From: Isurus oxyrinchus
Lineage: Eukaryota
Assembly (NCBI GenBank): GCA_026770705.1
Contig: JANJGN010000023.1
Coordinates: 4,526,001 to 4,590,000 of the forward strand
Direction: 5' to 3'
DNA: 64,000 bases
Part shown: positions 37,900-51,981 of the stretch, in pieces
How positions within the stretch are numbered: the first letter of the stretch is position 1
Layout: each line of letters starts with the position of its first letter
The notes under the pieces: generated by a model
Databases searched by the model: none
What the model saw: the letters and a program-made list of their open reading frames with translations, nothing else
What the model was told of the DNA's origin: nothing
Made by a program: the position numbers and the translations under genes

Positions 37900-40800
37900 G
37901 ATGTAGAGTTATACAGCACAGAAACAGGTCCTTTGGCCCATTGTGTCCGCCAGCCGTCAAGCACCTATCTATTCTAATCCCATTTTCCAGCTCTTGGCCC
38001 GTAGCCCTGTATGCATTGGTGTTTCAAGTGCCCATCTAAATACTTAAATGTTGTGAGTGTTCCTGCCTCTACCACCCCCTCATAAGAACATAAGAAAAAG
38101 GAGTAGGAGTGGGCCATTCGGCCCCTCTAGCCTGCCCAGCATTGAATAAGACCATGGCTGATCGGCCCCAGGCCTCAACTCCTCTTTCCTCGTAGCCCTC
38201 AACTCCCCCATTTTCAAAAATCAATCTACATCCTCGTTAAATACTTTCAGTGATCTAGCATCCACAACTCTCTGAGGTAGAGAATTCCAGACATTCACTA
38301 CCCTCTGAGAGAAGAAATTCCTTTGCATCTCAGTTTGAAATGAGTGTCCCCTTATTCTGTAACTATGTCCCCTAGTTTGCATTTCCCCTGCTAGTGGAAA
38401 CATTTTCTCAACATCTATCCTGTCAAGCCCACTCAGAATCTTGTACGTTTCGATAAGATCACCCCCCATTCTTCTGAACTCTAATGAATAAAGGCCTAAC
38501 CTGCTTAGCTGTTCTTGATAAGTCAACCCCTTCATCCCAGGAATTAGCCTAGTGAATCTCTTTTGAACTGTGTCCAATGCCAGTATATCTGTTCTTAAAT
38601 ACGGGGACCAAAACTGGATCTCAGGCAGTGTTCCAGATTCCAACCACCCTCTGGGTGAAAAGATTTTTCCTCAAATCCCCTCTAAACCTTCTGCCCCTTA
38701 CCTTAAATCGATGCCCCCTGGTTACTGACACCTCTGCTAAGAGGAAAAGTTTCTTCCGATCTACGCCCCTCACAATTGTGTATATCTCTATCAGGTCCCC
38801 CCTCAGCCTTCTCTGCTCTAAGGAAAACAACCCTAAGCCTATCCGGTCTCTCTTCATAGCTGAAATGCTGCAGCCCAGACAACATCCTGGTGAATCTCCT
38901 CTGCACCCTCTCCAGTGCAATCACATCCTTCCTATAGTGTGATGACCAGAACTGCACACAGTACTCCAACTGTGGCCTAACTAGCATTTTACACAGCTCC
39001 AACATAAACTTTCTGCTCTTATATTCTATGCCTCGGCTAATAAAGGCAAGTATCCCATATGCCTTCTTGATCACCTTATCTACCTGTGCAGCTGCCTTCA
39101 GGGATCTATGGACATGAATACCAAGGTCCCTCTGATCCTCTGTACGTCCTGGTGTCCTACCATTCATTTTGTATTCCCTTGCTGTGTTAGTCCTCCCAAA
39201 TTGCATCACCTGACAATTCTCAGGATTAAATTCCATTTGCCACTGAAGACGGGTACATTTTCTGATCCTGCAACTACCACATAGGCCAGTTGAAGAGAAG
39301 TTACACTCTCCGATCACACAGTGACCACAGAGACTCAGGCTTCTTTTAACCAGTTTTATTCAAGCATATGCAAGTGAGCCGCAATCATTCCAAAGAATGA
39401 ATATCCAGCTCCTAGATGGATTACATTTCATTACTTTTGTACTTTTTCTTATCATAATACATTTGAGTACATTTGAATACATCCAATCGGTAACCGACAC
39501 ACCAGTCCCATGCTAACTCTATCCTATTGAGTACATAAACATGTGATTTTGCTAACCAATTATTCTGAAGGCTGTACACATAATTGTATTATCCAATCAA
39601 AATTAAAACACGTACGCAAAGACCTTGGTTCTCACGACTCAAGACTGTTTGTGTTTCATCAAAGCCCCCTCTTTGTCCATTGTTCATCTTCCCAAATCTA
39701 AGCTAAAACCATCTGCCCCTTCCCTATGTGAGAGGGGAGTACACTTAATCTAATTTATGTCCTGCTTGTCTAGTCCGACTCTCAAGGCTGTGCAACGTTC
39801 ACTCTTCAACTCTTAATATGTTTAGCAGCCATGTCTGCATGGAGATTTTAAGGGTTTTTCAGTAAATTCTTACCGTATTCTCTTTTAGCATTTTTAATTT
39901 CCCCCTAACAGCCACTGCTCTGCCCATCTTACCAGCCCATCTATATCGTCCTGTAATCTAAGGCTTTCCTCCTCACTATTTACGACACCACCAATTTTTG
40001 TGTCAGCTGCAAACTTATTGATCATACTTCCTATATTCACGTCTAAATCATTAATGTACACAACAAACAGCAGGAGTCCCAGCACTGATACCTGCGATAC
40101 ACCACTCATCACAGGCTTCCAATAGCAAAAACAACCTTTGACCATCACCCTCTGCCTCCTGCCACTAAGCCAATTTTGGATCCAATTTGCCAAATAGCCC
40201 TGAAACCCATGAGCTCTTACCTTCTTGACCATTCTCCCTTGCGGGACCTTGTCAAAAGCCTTACTGAAGTCCACGTGGACTATATCAACTGCACTACCCT
40301 CATCTACACAACTAGTCATCTTGAAAAATTCAATCAAATTTGTTAGACATGATCTCCCTCTGACAAAACCATGCTGACTTTCCCTGATTAATCTCTGCCT
40401 CTCCAAGTGGAGATTAATCCTGTCCCTCAGAATTTTTTCCAATAGTTGCCCTATCACTGATGTTAGACTCAGGCTCATAATTACCTGGTTTATACCCACT
40501 ACCTTTCTTGAATAATGGTACTACATTCGCTGTCCTCCAGTCCCCTGGCACCTCTCCTGTCGCCAGAGAGAATTTGAAAATTAGTGTCAGAGCCCTGCAA
40601 TCTTCTCCCTTACCTCACATAGCAGCCTGGGATATATCTCATCTGGGCCTGGGGAATTATCTACTTTTAAGCCTGCTAAAACCTCTAATACCTCCTCCCT
40701 TTCAATGCTAATTTGTTCAAGTATATCACGGTCCCCTCCCTGAATTCTACACCCACATCGTCCTTCTCCATAGTGAACACATATGAAAAGTAATCATTTA

Positions 40801-41015
40801 AAACCTCACCTATGTCCTCCAGCTCCATGTACAGATTGCCACTTTGGTCCCTAATGGGCTCTACTCTTTCCTTGGTTATTCTCTCGCCCTTAATATATTT
40901 ATTAAAATACCTTGGGATTTTCCTTTATCTTGCCCACCAGTGTTTTTTCATGCCCCCTCTTCGCTCTCCTAATTACTTTTTTAAGTATCGCACTAGACCT
41001 TCTATACTCCTCTAG
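37900..41015 (-). mobile_element. CR1 LINE with nested CR1 3' fragment (~38083-38618) and solo LTR
   Basis: QHGFVRGRSCLTNLIEF, DFSKAFDKVP, RPQLEYCVQFW; the nested copy begins with a cataagaacataag tail. Confidence 0.88.
39244..39910 (-). mobile_element. Solo LTR (667 bp)
   Basis: TG...CA termini, perfect 5-bp TSD gccac (39239-39243 / 39911-39915), minus-strand AATAAA at ~39355. Confidence 0.88.
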
Positions 41016-41029
41016 GTGTATTGGAAAAA

Positions 41030-43050
41030 TTTAAAGGCTGATGATTAACTTGTTTCGCCACGGCATGTACACACCTTCGGTGGCCATCAATCCTGTGGGA
41101 CTTGAACCCAGAACCTCTAGCCCAGAGCTAGAGGCACTACCACTGTGCCACAACACCTCCTAAATTTAATTCCCTGACTGCCCAAAAATCTATTGACCTC
41201 TATCTTGAATGTCCTCAACCATTGCGCATCCACAGCTGTCAGGGGTAAAGAATTCCAAAGACTCAACTTCTGAGTGAAGAAATTTCTCCTCCTCAGCCCG
41301 TTAGGTTCTACATAATTGTAATGAATTGCAAGTCTTTCATTCCTTGGTATTGTATAGTCACAAGAGTAAAAAAAATTGCAGGAGTAAGCAATTTGACGCT
41401 GCTCTACAATTTTAATATGATCGTGAAGGATAGTGCAGATCGGTGCACTCTTTCCACGCCCCACTCCCCCCCCCCCCCCCCACCCCCACCCCCGCCCCAA
41501 TGCTATTCCTGCATCCTTTACTTCCCTTGGAAACAAATCTATGGATCTGTCATGAACATACTCAGTGACTGAGCACCCACAGCTTTCTGGGGTAGAGAAT
41601 TCCAACAATCACAACACTTTTGAGTGAAGAAATTTTTCCTCATCTCAGCTCTAAATGGCCAACTCCTTATTCTGAGATTGTGACACTTTCAAAAGCAACT
41701 TATAACATTATTTAGGGTAGATAAATATGTACCAATTAAATCACCTCTTACATCTTCTAAATTTCAGACTATAGTTCTAGTGCGACTTGACTGTAACATA
41801 TGAAATCCTGAGGGGTCTTGACAGGGTGGATGTGGAAAGGATGTTTCCTCTGGTGGGAGAATTTAGAATTTGGGATCAGTTTAAAAATAAGGGGTCACCC
41901 ACTTAAGACAGAAGGAGGAGAAATTTTTTCTCTGAGGATCCTGAGTCTTTGGAACTCTTCCTCAAGACGGTGGAGGCAGAGTCTTTGAATATTTTTAGGG
42001 CAGAGGTGGGTAGATTTTTGGTTACAAGGGGTTGAAAGGTTATTGGGAGTAGCCAGGAAAGTGGAGTTGCAGTTAAAATCAGATTAGCCATGATCTCATT
42101 GAATGGCGGAGCAAGCCTACTCCTGCTCCTAATTCACATGTTTATATATATGCTCATATGTAAATGCACAGTCTCTTCTCATAGGACAATCCCCTCATGT
42201 CAGTCATCAATTTAGCAAACTTTTGTTGCATTCTCTCCAAGGGTAGTATATTCTTCCTTAGGTAAGGATTCAAAAACTGCACACAATTTACGAGCACGGG
42301 CAATCAAGGCTGTTTGGAATTGTAGTAAGACCACACTTAAACTCCAACCCTTTTGTAATAAAAATTGCATTTTGTAGCTGCTTGTTTTTCTAATTTATTT
42401 GTTCACAGGATGTGGGTGTTGCTGCCAAGGCCAGCATGTTTTAACCATGCTTAATTGCCCTCGGAGGTGGTGGTTAGCCTTCTCGAACCACTGCAGTCCA
42501 TGTAATGTAAGTACACCCACAGTGCTGCTAGGGAGTTCCTGGATTTTGACCCAGTGACAGCGAAGATTAGCAATATAATTCCAAGTCAGGATGGTGTGTG
42601 ACTAGCTTGGAAACACCACCACCTGCAAGTTCCCCTCAATCTGCTGCCCTTGTCCTTCTAGTTGGTAGAGGTCACAGTTTTGGAAGGTGTTATCAAAGAA
42701 GCCTTGGTAACTGGCTGCAGTGCATCTTGTAGATGGTATATACTGCTGACATTGTTCATCAGTGGTGGAGGGAGTGAATGTTTCAGGTGGTGGATGGGGT
42801 GCCAGTCAAGCAGGCTACTTTGTCTGGGATGGTGTCGAGCTTCTTGAGTGTTGTTGGAGCTGCACTCATCCAGGTAAATGGAGAGTATCCCATTGCATTC
42901 CTGACTTGTGCCTTGTCGATGTTGGACAGGCTTTGGAGAGTCAGGTGGTGGGTTACTCGCTGCAGGATTCCTAGCTTCTGGCCTGCTCTTGTAGCCACAA
43001 TATTTAAATGGCTAGTCCAGTTCAGTTTCTGGTCAAATGGTAACCTCCAA
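41030..43050. mobile_element. Cluster of SINE and LINE 3' fragments in both orientations
   Basis: tRNA-like head on minus ~41050-41160; CR1 tails minus ~41165-41760; CR1 tail plus ~41790-42145; LINE minus ~42395-43050 (DQKLNWTSHLNIVATRAGQ). Confidence 0.7.
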
Positions 43051-43569
43051 GCTATTGATTTAACTTTGCAACTAATGTACAAGGACACACTTAATTACTT
43101 AAAGCTGTATTATGAATGTTAAAATGTAATTCAAACTGACATTTTTAATGCAACAACCATGTTTTACTTTTGTAACAATCAGCATCTAAAAAGACTCCTG
43201 CCTTAGTATGTAAATTGACTAATTAATACCAACTTAAAAAGACCAGGTTACATTCATAGTCTACACTGTGGTAATTGAAATGAACGAGAGAATCACTAAC
43301 TTCAGCGCTGGCCAAGTATATTGGTTAGACAACTATTTAATTTGAAGTGGCAGGACTAAGGTTATTGTCTTGGATGGTCATCATATCCTGTATAAATCAC
43401 CTAAGAGGTTGATGCAGTGAAATTCAATTAAAATATCCAAGTTCAGATTGGACAGATGAATGAAGGAAAAGAGGAGGAAGGGAAATGGCTCTACATATAA
43501 TACCAACACTGACTAGTTGCATCAAGTGGCCTGCTTCCATGGTGTAACTGCTGGGTGTGTATTCAGGAA

Positions 43570-45715
43570 GATTTCCCACAATGTGCTAGCCAGAAAAATG
43601 CATCTACCCTGCTAAGCCCCGTAAGAATTTTGTAACTTTCAATGAATTCACCACTCATTCTTTGAAACTCTGGAGAATCTAGGCCCAGTCTCCTCAATCT
43701 CTCCTCATAGGAGGATCCTGCCATCCCTGGAATCAGTCTGGTAAACCTTTGTTGCATTCAGTCTAAGGGAAATATATTCTTCCACAGGTAAGGAGACCAA
43801 AACTGCACGCAAAACTCCAGGTGCAGTCTCACCAAGGCTCTATACTATTGCATAAAGACTTCTTTACTCCTGTACTCAAATCCTCTTGCAATAAAGGCCA
43901 ACATACCTTTTGACTTCCTAATTGCTTGCTGCACCTGCATGTTAGCTTTCATGAACAAGGACACCCAGGTCCCTTTGGTAATCAATAGCTCTCAATCTCT
44001 CATTTAAAAAACTCTGCATTTTTGTTTTTCCTGCTGTACCCCCCTAGTCAGTGTGCCAATCTGAAGATTCATTTATTCCTACTCTATTTTCAGTCAGTTA
44101 ACCAATTTTCAATCCATACCAGTCTATTACTCTCTATTCCACATGCTCTATTTTTGTTTACTAACCTCTTGTGTGGGACCTTATCAAAAGCCTTCTGAAA
44201 ATCCAAAAACACTATATTTGCTGGTTTCTCCATCAATTCTGCTAGTTCTCAAACAACTCCAACTGGTTTGTCAAATATGATTTCCCTTTCATAAATCCAT
44301 GTCAACTCTGGCCAAACCAACATTATTTTCTAAGTCAAAAACAGAATTACCTGGAAAACCTCAGCAGGTCTGGCAGCATCGGCGGAGAAGAAAAGAGTTG
44401 ACGTTTCAAGTCCTCATGACCCTTCAACAGAACTGTTCTGTTGAAGGGTCATGAGGACTCGAAACGTCAACTCTTTTCTTCTCCGCCGATGCTGCCAGAC
44501 CTGCTGAGTTTTCCCAGGTAATTCTGTTTTTGTTTTGGATTTCCAGCATCCAGTTTTTTGTTTTTATTATTTTCTAAGTGTCCAGTTGTCACATCCTTTA
44601 TAATAGATTCTAGCATTTCCCTACTACTGATATCAAACTAACAGGTCCGTAGGTGACAGTTTTCTGTCTTCCCTCCTTTCTTAAATAGTGGGGTTATATT
44701 TTCTACCTTCCAATCTACAGGAACCATTCCAGAATCTATAGAATTTTGGAAATGACTACCAATGCATCCACTATCTCTACAGCCATCTCTTTTAACACTC
44801 TGGGATGTAGATCATCAGGTCCAGGGAATTTAGTAACTTTGTCCCATGAGTTTCTCCAGTACTTTTTTTTACTAATACTCATTATAGTTCCTTATTCTCA
44901 CTAGTCTCTTGGTTCTCTAGTATTTCAGGGAAATTTCTGTATTTTCCTCCATAAAGACAGATACAAAGTATGTTTAGTTTCTCTGCCATTATAAATTCTC
45001 CTGTCTGTAATGGGCCCATATTTGTCTTTGCTAACTCTTTCCTTTTTACATCCCTATTAGAAGCTTTTAGTCATTTTTATTTCCAGCTAGTTTACTTCCA
45101 ATTTTCCTTTTATCAGTTTTTTTGGTCCTCTTTTCTGAACTCTAAAATGCTCCCAATCTTCAAACTTACCACTTTTTTGGCCCCTTCCTTTGATCTAATG
45201 CAATCTTTAACTTCTCGTTAGCTATGATTGAATCACTTTTCCTGTTGGGTTTTTGTCCCTCAAGGGAATGTATATTTGTTGTAAGCCTTGTATTAATTCT
45301 TTAAATGCTCACCATTGCCTATTTACCATCATACCTTTTATTGGAGCTTCCCAATCTACCACAGCCAACTTGCCCCTCTCACCTTCATGGTTTCCTTTAA
45401 GACTAATTCCAGATTGAACTATATCACTTTCAAACAATGTAAAATTCTAACATATTATGGTCACTCTTCTTGAAAGGCTCCTTTACGAAGAGATTAATTA
45501 GCCCTCTCATTGCACACTACTAGATCTAAAATAGCCTGTTCTCGAGTTAGTTCCTTAGCATACTGTTCAAGAAACCACCTCATATATACATTCCAGGAAT
45601 TCATCCTGCACAGCATTAGTGCTAATTAGGTTTACCCAATCTATATGTAGATTGAAGCTACCCATGATTGGGTACCCTTGTTACATGCACCTTTAATTTC
45701 CTGATTTATACTATG
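43570..45715 (-). mobile_element. Old fragmented CR1 LINE
   Basis: QRFTRLIPGM..YEERLRRLGL; DFQKAFDKVPH-type segment ~44170-44200. Confidence 0.75.
44336..44565 (+). mobile_element. Penelope-type palindromic insertion with hammerhead-like core
   Basis: ~98-bp inverted arms centred on 44434; 14-bp TSD attattttctaagt (44322-44335 / 44566-44579). Confidence 0.88.
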
Positions 45716-46224
45716 CTGTGCCGTCTGGGGTATACATTCACTTATTGTGAAACAACTTAGTTTTCATTCTATAAAAAAATTACTTGGACATGACAAACAT
45801 AACTAATGTGAGCATGTGATCATAAACCCTCTTCCAAATACTTATTGAGCACTTATGTTTTGAGCTTGTATGGTACTGGTATGACTGATGGGCATGACAG
45901 ACTTATGGATTTATATCCAAAACGATTTGACAATGCTGTGACACGTTGAAGCATCACACATCCTGCTCAGATATTAAAGAACAAGAAATCAGTCATTGCC
46001 ATGATTACCACTCCATCCTCCCTCAGACGAGATGAGAGAGGCATGAGAGAAAAGTCCAATTACTTGTTTCCATTACTGGATTTGCTTGGAACTGATACAA
46101 TTTCTCTCTGAACATAAATCAGTCCTTTGAGTTCAGCCCCAGGTAAATCAATCTCAGAATTAGCCAGTGAAGGTGAAAGAACATATGTGGAGATAGTTCG
46201 GTGGGAGACTCAGTGATGATCTTT

Positions 46225-47330
46225 AGCATGGCTTTTGATAAGGTCCCTCATGGAAGACTGGTCAAGAAAGTAAGAGCCCATGGGACTTGAGCAAAGTGGC
46301 ACATTGGATCCAAAATTGGCTGAGGGGCAGGAAACAAAGGGTTTTCGCAGGGCTTGGTGCTGGGGTTCTTGCTGTTTGTGGAATACTTAAATGATTTGGA
46401 CTTAAATGTAGGGGGTATGATCAAGAAGTTTGCAGATGACACAACAATTAGTAGGGTGGTAAATAGTGAGGAGGATAGCCATAAACTGCAGGAGGACATC
46501 AATGGACTGGTCAGGTGGGCAGAGCAGTGGCAAATGGAATTCAACTTGGAAAAGTAAGGTAATGCACATGGAGGGTTAACAAGGCAAAGGATTACACTAT
46601 GAATGGTTGGACCCTGGAAAGTAGAAGATCAGAAGGACCATGGTGTGCATATCCACAGATCTCTGAAGGTAACAGGCAGATAGATTAGATGGTTAAGAAG
46701 TCATATGGGAGACTTGCCTTTATTAGTCATGGCCTAGAATACAAGAGCAGGGAGGTTATGCTGGAACTGTATAAAATGCTGATTAGGCCACAGCTGGAGT
46801 ACTGTGTGCAGTTCTGGTCACCACATTATGGGAAGGATGTGATTGCACTGGAGAGGGCGCAGAGGAGATTTACCAGGATGTTGCCTGGGCTGGAGGGTCT
46901 GATCTATGAGAAGAGATTGGATAGACTGGGGTTGTTTTCCTTGGAGCAGCGAAGGTTGAGAGGGTCCTGATGGAGGTGTATAAGATCACAAGAGGCATGG
47001 ATAGGGTGGATAGGAAGGCATTTTTCCATTAGTAGAGGGGTCAATAACCATGGGGCATAGATTTAAGGTAAGAGGTAGAAGGCTGAGGGAAGCTGAGGAG
47101 AAATTTTTTCACCCAGAGGGTGGTGGGTGTCTGGAACTCACTGCCTGAAAGGGTGGTTGAGTCAGAAACTCTCGTAACGTTTAAGAAGTATTTAGATATT
47201 TACTTGTGTTGCCATAGCCTCCAGGGCTATGGGCCAGGTGCTGGAAGATGGGATTAATGTAGCCAAATCTTTGCTGACCAGTGCAGACACAATGGGTCAA
47301 ATAGCCCCCTTCTGTACTGTAAACATCTAT
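46225..47330 (+). mobile_element. 5'-truncated CR1 LINE
   Basis: KFADDTTI, RPQLEYCVQFWSPHY. Confidence 0.85.
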
Positions 47331-47692
47331 GAGATCTCTCAACCTGTGGTGTACCGACAGATTAGACAGGCACTTAAACAGCCAGAAGCCCAGACTGCTG
47401 CTCTGGAGAAATGAACTGAGTTAAGTTCAAGGCTTAGTGACTCTCAAAAGTTTACTGCAGTTTTGATGGAAGAATTAATGTCAACTCTCCCAGAGCAAAG
47501 ACCTGATCATCTTCTATTCAGATTCTGTTAAAAGTGTTAAGGACGCAGGTTTTAAAAAAAGGTCTGTCTCAAAGAGACAAGAGGCAACCTGTCTGAAGAA
47601 AGTACATAGTGCAAGAAGAGAAAGTCTCCCAGCATAGGCAACTTCAAACAAATAAATCACACAGACAACATAAAACCCAATAAATTACATAC

Positions 47693-47698
47693 TTTAAT
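47693..47698 (-). terminator. Candidate ACLY distal polyadenylation signal
   Basis: ATTAAA on minus followed by GU-rich tgttgtctgtgtg; a proximal AATAAA lies at 48968-48973. Confidence 0.45.
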
Positions 47699-49186
47699 TT
47701 ATACTAAGATACCAGATAGACTTTGTGGTTATAGGTTCAGGCCTGGGTACCTTGAGGTTGCAGAAGACACAATAAGACAGTGCATATGGTTACAGTAAAG
47801 GTTTACCTTTGAAGACAGACTGAATTTCTAATGATTAATGACCCTCATCCCTTAACAGGAATTACATCTCATTCCCAATCTCCTAATTTTAAAATTACAA
47901 TTCTGAAACCACACAGAGCAGACAACGGTTTAGTACAAATGGTCCCTTAAATAAGCTTACATCAGCACAGTTACTACTTTGGATTTACACACAGCAATGT
48001 GGTCAGATGAAATGCCATTGAAGCTGTACAGCAGATCCCAGCAAGAGAAAGTAATCACATGAGTTGGACTGATTGCGTTGCTCCAATGAATGTCAAACAT
48101 GTTGCCTTTGGTGGCCACTTGAGCTACGTACAAGCCTGAGAACCACGACTGGCATTACCAGACAAACACCTGCATGATGTTTCACTGTCCACTGTTCACT
48201 GTTTCAAGTGGAGGTGTTAATATGCATAAAAAAGGCAACATAAGCAAAAATATAGTGAACAAAGGAACATCATACAAAGATGTTAAGTACTCATTGGCTA
48301 ATATCAACAGAAATTTCTAGGCAATGAAGTTTAAATCCCATTAACCTGTAAACATCAAGCTGCTGACAATGCATTTCAGTCTGTAGATTTAGGACTTATC
48401 CAACAGTGATGCAATAGCACCAACAGCCCTTCCAAATCTCCAGCCCAACAGAATTAGACAGGACAAATCAGCAGAGAAAAAAAGTGCAAGTCAATGGAGT
48501 TGCCAGTGCCTCTCCAGGTGGATAGCTACAGTTTGCAAGCTGCCTATGGCTTTAGTCACAGTTTGTTTGTCCTTCTCTGGTTACTTCAGACAGTTAAGAA
48601 TTCTACAAACCCGAGTCTGAATTCCCAGTTTACTGATTATGTAAAAAAAAAACCCACTTGAACTGAGAATAGGCTTCAGCCTACTGAATGGAAATGTTGC
48701 TATCACCAAGCAACAAGAAAACCTTTGGGATATTTTTCCTGAAATTAATTTAAATGAAGGAACGATTCTACTTTGGGTTCTGCTGTATTCTGCAATGGCA
48801 GTGCAGACAAAGGACTCCTGACAACACCGATTCCTTGCTCACTTTGTATCCTACACTAGATTCTCAAATACTGCGTGACTTATGCACGCATGCACCCACA
48901 CCCAGTCTGACACCAGGTCCCACCTACTTCCTAATGGACTCATACAGCAGCATGTATTTGGTTTTTTTTTATTAAAAAGAGCTGCATCATTTCATGAAGC
49001 ACATTGTTTGTACAATTTGTCAAGACGTGAGATTGCCATTCCCCCTTCCTGTTCTTCTCTTCTCCCTCACCTACCAAGAATTTCAGTGCACAGAAGAAAA
49101 GCAATGTAAACACCTTTTGGGGTGGGCAATATTGGGATCAGGGAGATGTTTCTGCACTGAGACCCCCTTCCTCGCTAACCCAATGT

Positions 49187-49281
49187 TCACATGGTCATGT
49201 GTTCTGGTAAGACATACGAGATGTCGTCCCACGGGTGGCGGTATAGTCCTTGCTTCAAACGCTTCTGATCCAGATAGTGTC
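49187..49281 (-). CDS. ACLY: ATP-citrate lyase, last coding exon
   Basis: ccag|GA CAC TAT; [31 protein letters not shown]. Confidence 0.96.
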
Positions 49282-49959
49282 CTGGAAAATTAAAGTACAT
49301 CAGTAACCACAGGAAATAATGCAAATGAAAGCCTTCAAATTTCAACTTAAAAGTAGATTTTTCTGGAAATAATTTGGCAAACATCAGTTAGAAGATGATA
49401 GTCTACATCCCTTCAGAGTGCAGGACCAAAGAATTGTATAGATTTTAAAATACAGAACAAAGCCATTCAGTCCTATAGGTCTTTGCTAATGTTTATGCTC
49501 CACAGCAGCCTCCTCTTCCTACTGTATCTTGTCTCACCTTATTAACAATTCTGCTATTCCTTTCTCTCCTGTGCATTTATCTGGCTTCCTCTCAAGTGCA
49601 TCTATCATATTCATTTTTATCACTCCTATGTGGTAACAAGTTTTGCACTGCAGCCACTTTGGGTGCAGAGGTTTGCACTTTGAGGCGTTCTTGCTTCCCT
49701 GGGTGGCAACAGAAAGGCAAGTCACTGTTGCCAAGGCCACGAGTTTCCTCAGGAAATGGGTGAGCAGAGCCTCCCTGCACACAGCCACCACATGGTCTGT
49801 TGGTGTGAAATGAGAAACTCATGCATGCAACTTTGGAGCAAGTGTGCATGTGAAGCTGTGGCATTTCTGCCACCCACCCCACAGTACAAAACAAACTACC
49901 TGGACACTTCACTTTCAGTGGCAATAGTTGGTTAGGAGGTAGAGCAAGTTGTGTGGATG

Positions 49960-50690
49960 GAAGCAGAAAGTTGCAAAGGGACACTCAGTTTACGCGAGTT
50001 GGGCAAATGTGCGGCAGATGGAGTTAAGCATGGGGAAGTGCAAGGCCAGCCACATTGGATGATAAATCAGAATAGGTTTTCAACAGGGAACAGACAGGGG
50101 TCTGTGCAACAGCAAAGGGATTTAGAGGTTCATGTACACAAATCACTAAAAACTGGCTCACAACTACAAAGTAATTAAAAAGGTTGGAATGTTGAACTCA
50201 AGGAGATTTTAATACAACAGTGCTTTAGCTGTACAAAGTCTGGAGTAACTGTGTTCAGTTTTGGGCATCACACCTCAGGCAGAAGATATTGGCCTGGAGG
50301 GGGTGCAACACAGGTTCACCAAAGTGATACCAGGGCTTAGAGGGTTAAATAATGAGGACAGGTCATAAACTTGTCTTGTATTTCTTCATGCATAGGAAGT
50401 GGAGTGGTAATCTAATAGAGGTATTTAAAATCAAAGTATTCAATAGTTTCCTGTATACATTTCTCTGGTGGGGGAGCCAGGATAGAGGCTTGAGCTTAAA
50501 ATGAGAGCTAGGCCTTTCAGGGGTGAAATCAGGAAACACTTGTCCACACAATTTGAAACTTTCCCAAAAACTGTGAATTTCAGGTCAATTAAAATTTAGG
50601 AGGGAAACCAGTCAATTTTTGTTAGGCAGGGCTATTAAGGAATGTGGGGCTAAAGCAGGTAAAAGAGGTTAAGACACTGGTCAGCTGTCT
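49960..50690 (+). mobile_element. Old CR1 fragment in an ACLY intron
   Basis: QRDLEVHVHKSLK; tgtgttcagttttggg; aggttcacc. Confidence 0.65.
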
Positions 50691-50866
50691 ACTTGCCTTG
50701 ACTCCACGTTCCAGATTTCCACTATCCTTTGTGTGTAAGTGCTTCCTGAATTGACCCCTGAACAGCCCACCTCTAACAGAGTGTAGTGGCGGGGGGAGAC
50801 AGGTGTAACTCCAGCTTATCTTTTGCCCTGACCATTTAAAAGAAAACACCACTTTAAATAACTTAC

Positions 50867-50943
50867 CAATAAAGCCCATACTTCGTCCGAGAACAAAGAT
50901 TCCATTCAGAGCACCAATCTCCACATACTCATCAGCTTCTTCC
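50867..50943 (-). CDS. ACLY: ATP-citrate lyase exon
   Basis: [29 protein letters not shown], 77 nt. Confidence 0.95.
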
Positions 50944-51254
50944 CTGCACACAACAAAGTCAAATTATAATTTTTTTTGGGGGGAGTGAAAAGCAGACAGA
51001 TTAACATTAACTAGTCTCTATTCAGACACTGGGACCTGCTGCATATTTCCACTTGGGAGGTGGGGGGCGAGAGTGAGATCAAGAGCGAGGGCAGGGACCA
51101 CGCAGCTGTGCAGGAAATATTCCCCACTCCACCCCAAGATTTAATATATTGTGTCATTGGTAGCACGATCGACAGAGTCAGAAGGCGAGTAGTTCCAGAC
51201 GCACTTAGAGCTCAGCACATACTCTACACTGACATTTCCAGTCGTGTTGTCATT

Positions 51255-51500
51255 TTCAGGTAAGATGCTTAGCTGAGGCCCATCCTGTCATGTGCACTAA
51301 ACTCCCATGCCACTATTCAAAGAAAATCAGGGGAATTCTCCTTTATCCTTTAACCAAAATCACCAAAAAAACAGATTAATTGATTGTTCATTGGGTCTTG
51401 CTGTAAACAAATTGCACCATTTGCCCACAAAACAACAGTAAGTTAATTAATACTTACTTTGAAGCATTTTGAGATGTTCCCAATATTTAAATGCAAGACC
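51255..51500 (+). mobile_element. Deu-SINE remnant
   Basis: cccatgccactattcaaagaaaatcaggggaattctc...aaacagattaa...gggtcttgctgta. Confidence 0.55.
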
Positions 51501-51898
51501 TATGCTTACATTGTTTCCTTGAATAGCAACTTAAATGGTACTTCAACCAAATTCACCGCGTGAAGCGCTTTGGAATACCGTGAAGCATGATAATGCTTCA
51601 TATAAAGTTCAAGCTCTTTGTACAGAAAGTAATTGCTAAGCTCCTACCCAGCACATGTAATCTATCGTGTAAGCTCCTTGACACTAGTGTCCTGTCAAAG
51701 TTCAGCATAACATTCTTGCTCTGGTACTCTATGCCCCTATTAGTAAAGCCTAGATACTGTATGCTTTGGTAACTGCGCTCTCCACCTGTCCTGTCACCTT
51801 CAATTACTTATTCACATGTATACCCAGGTCCCTCTGCTCCTGCACATCCTTTACAGTTGTACCCCTTGTTTTATATCGGGCGGAAAGAAAATACCTAC

Positions 51899-51981
51899 CT
51901 TGTAAAAGCACCACAGTTTCTTAGCAAGTCAACCATGGCAACACCAATAAAACCATCAACATTCAGGATAAGATTTGGTTT
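51899..51981 (-). CDS. ACLY: ATP-citrate lyase exon
   Basis: [31 protein letters not shown], 83 nt. Confidence 0.95.
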
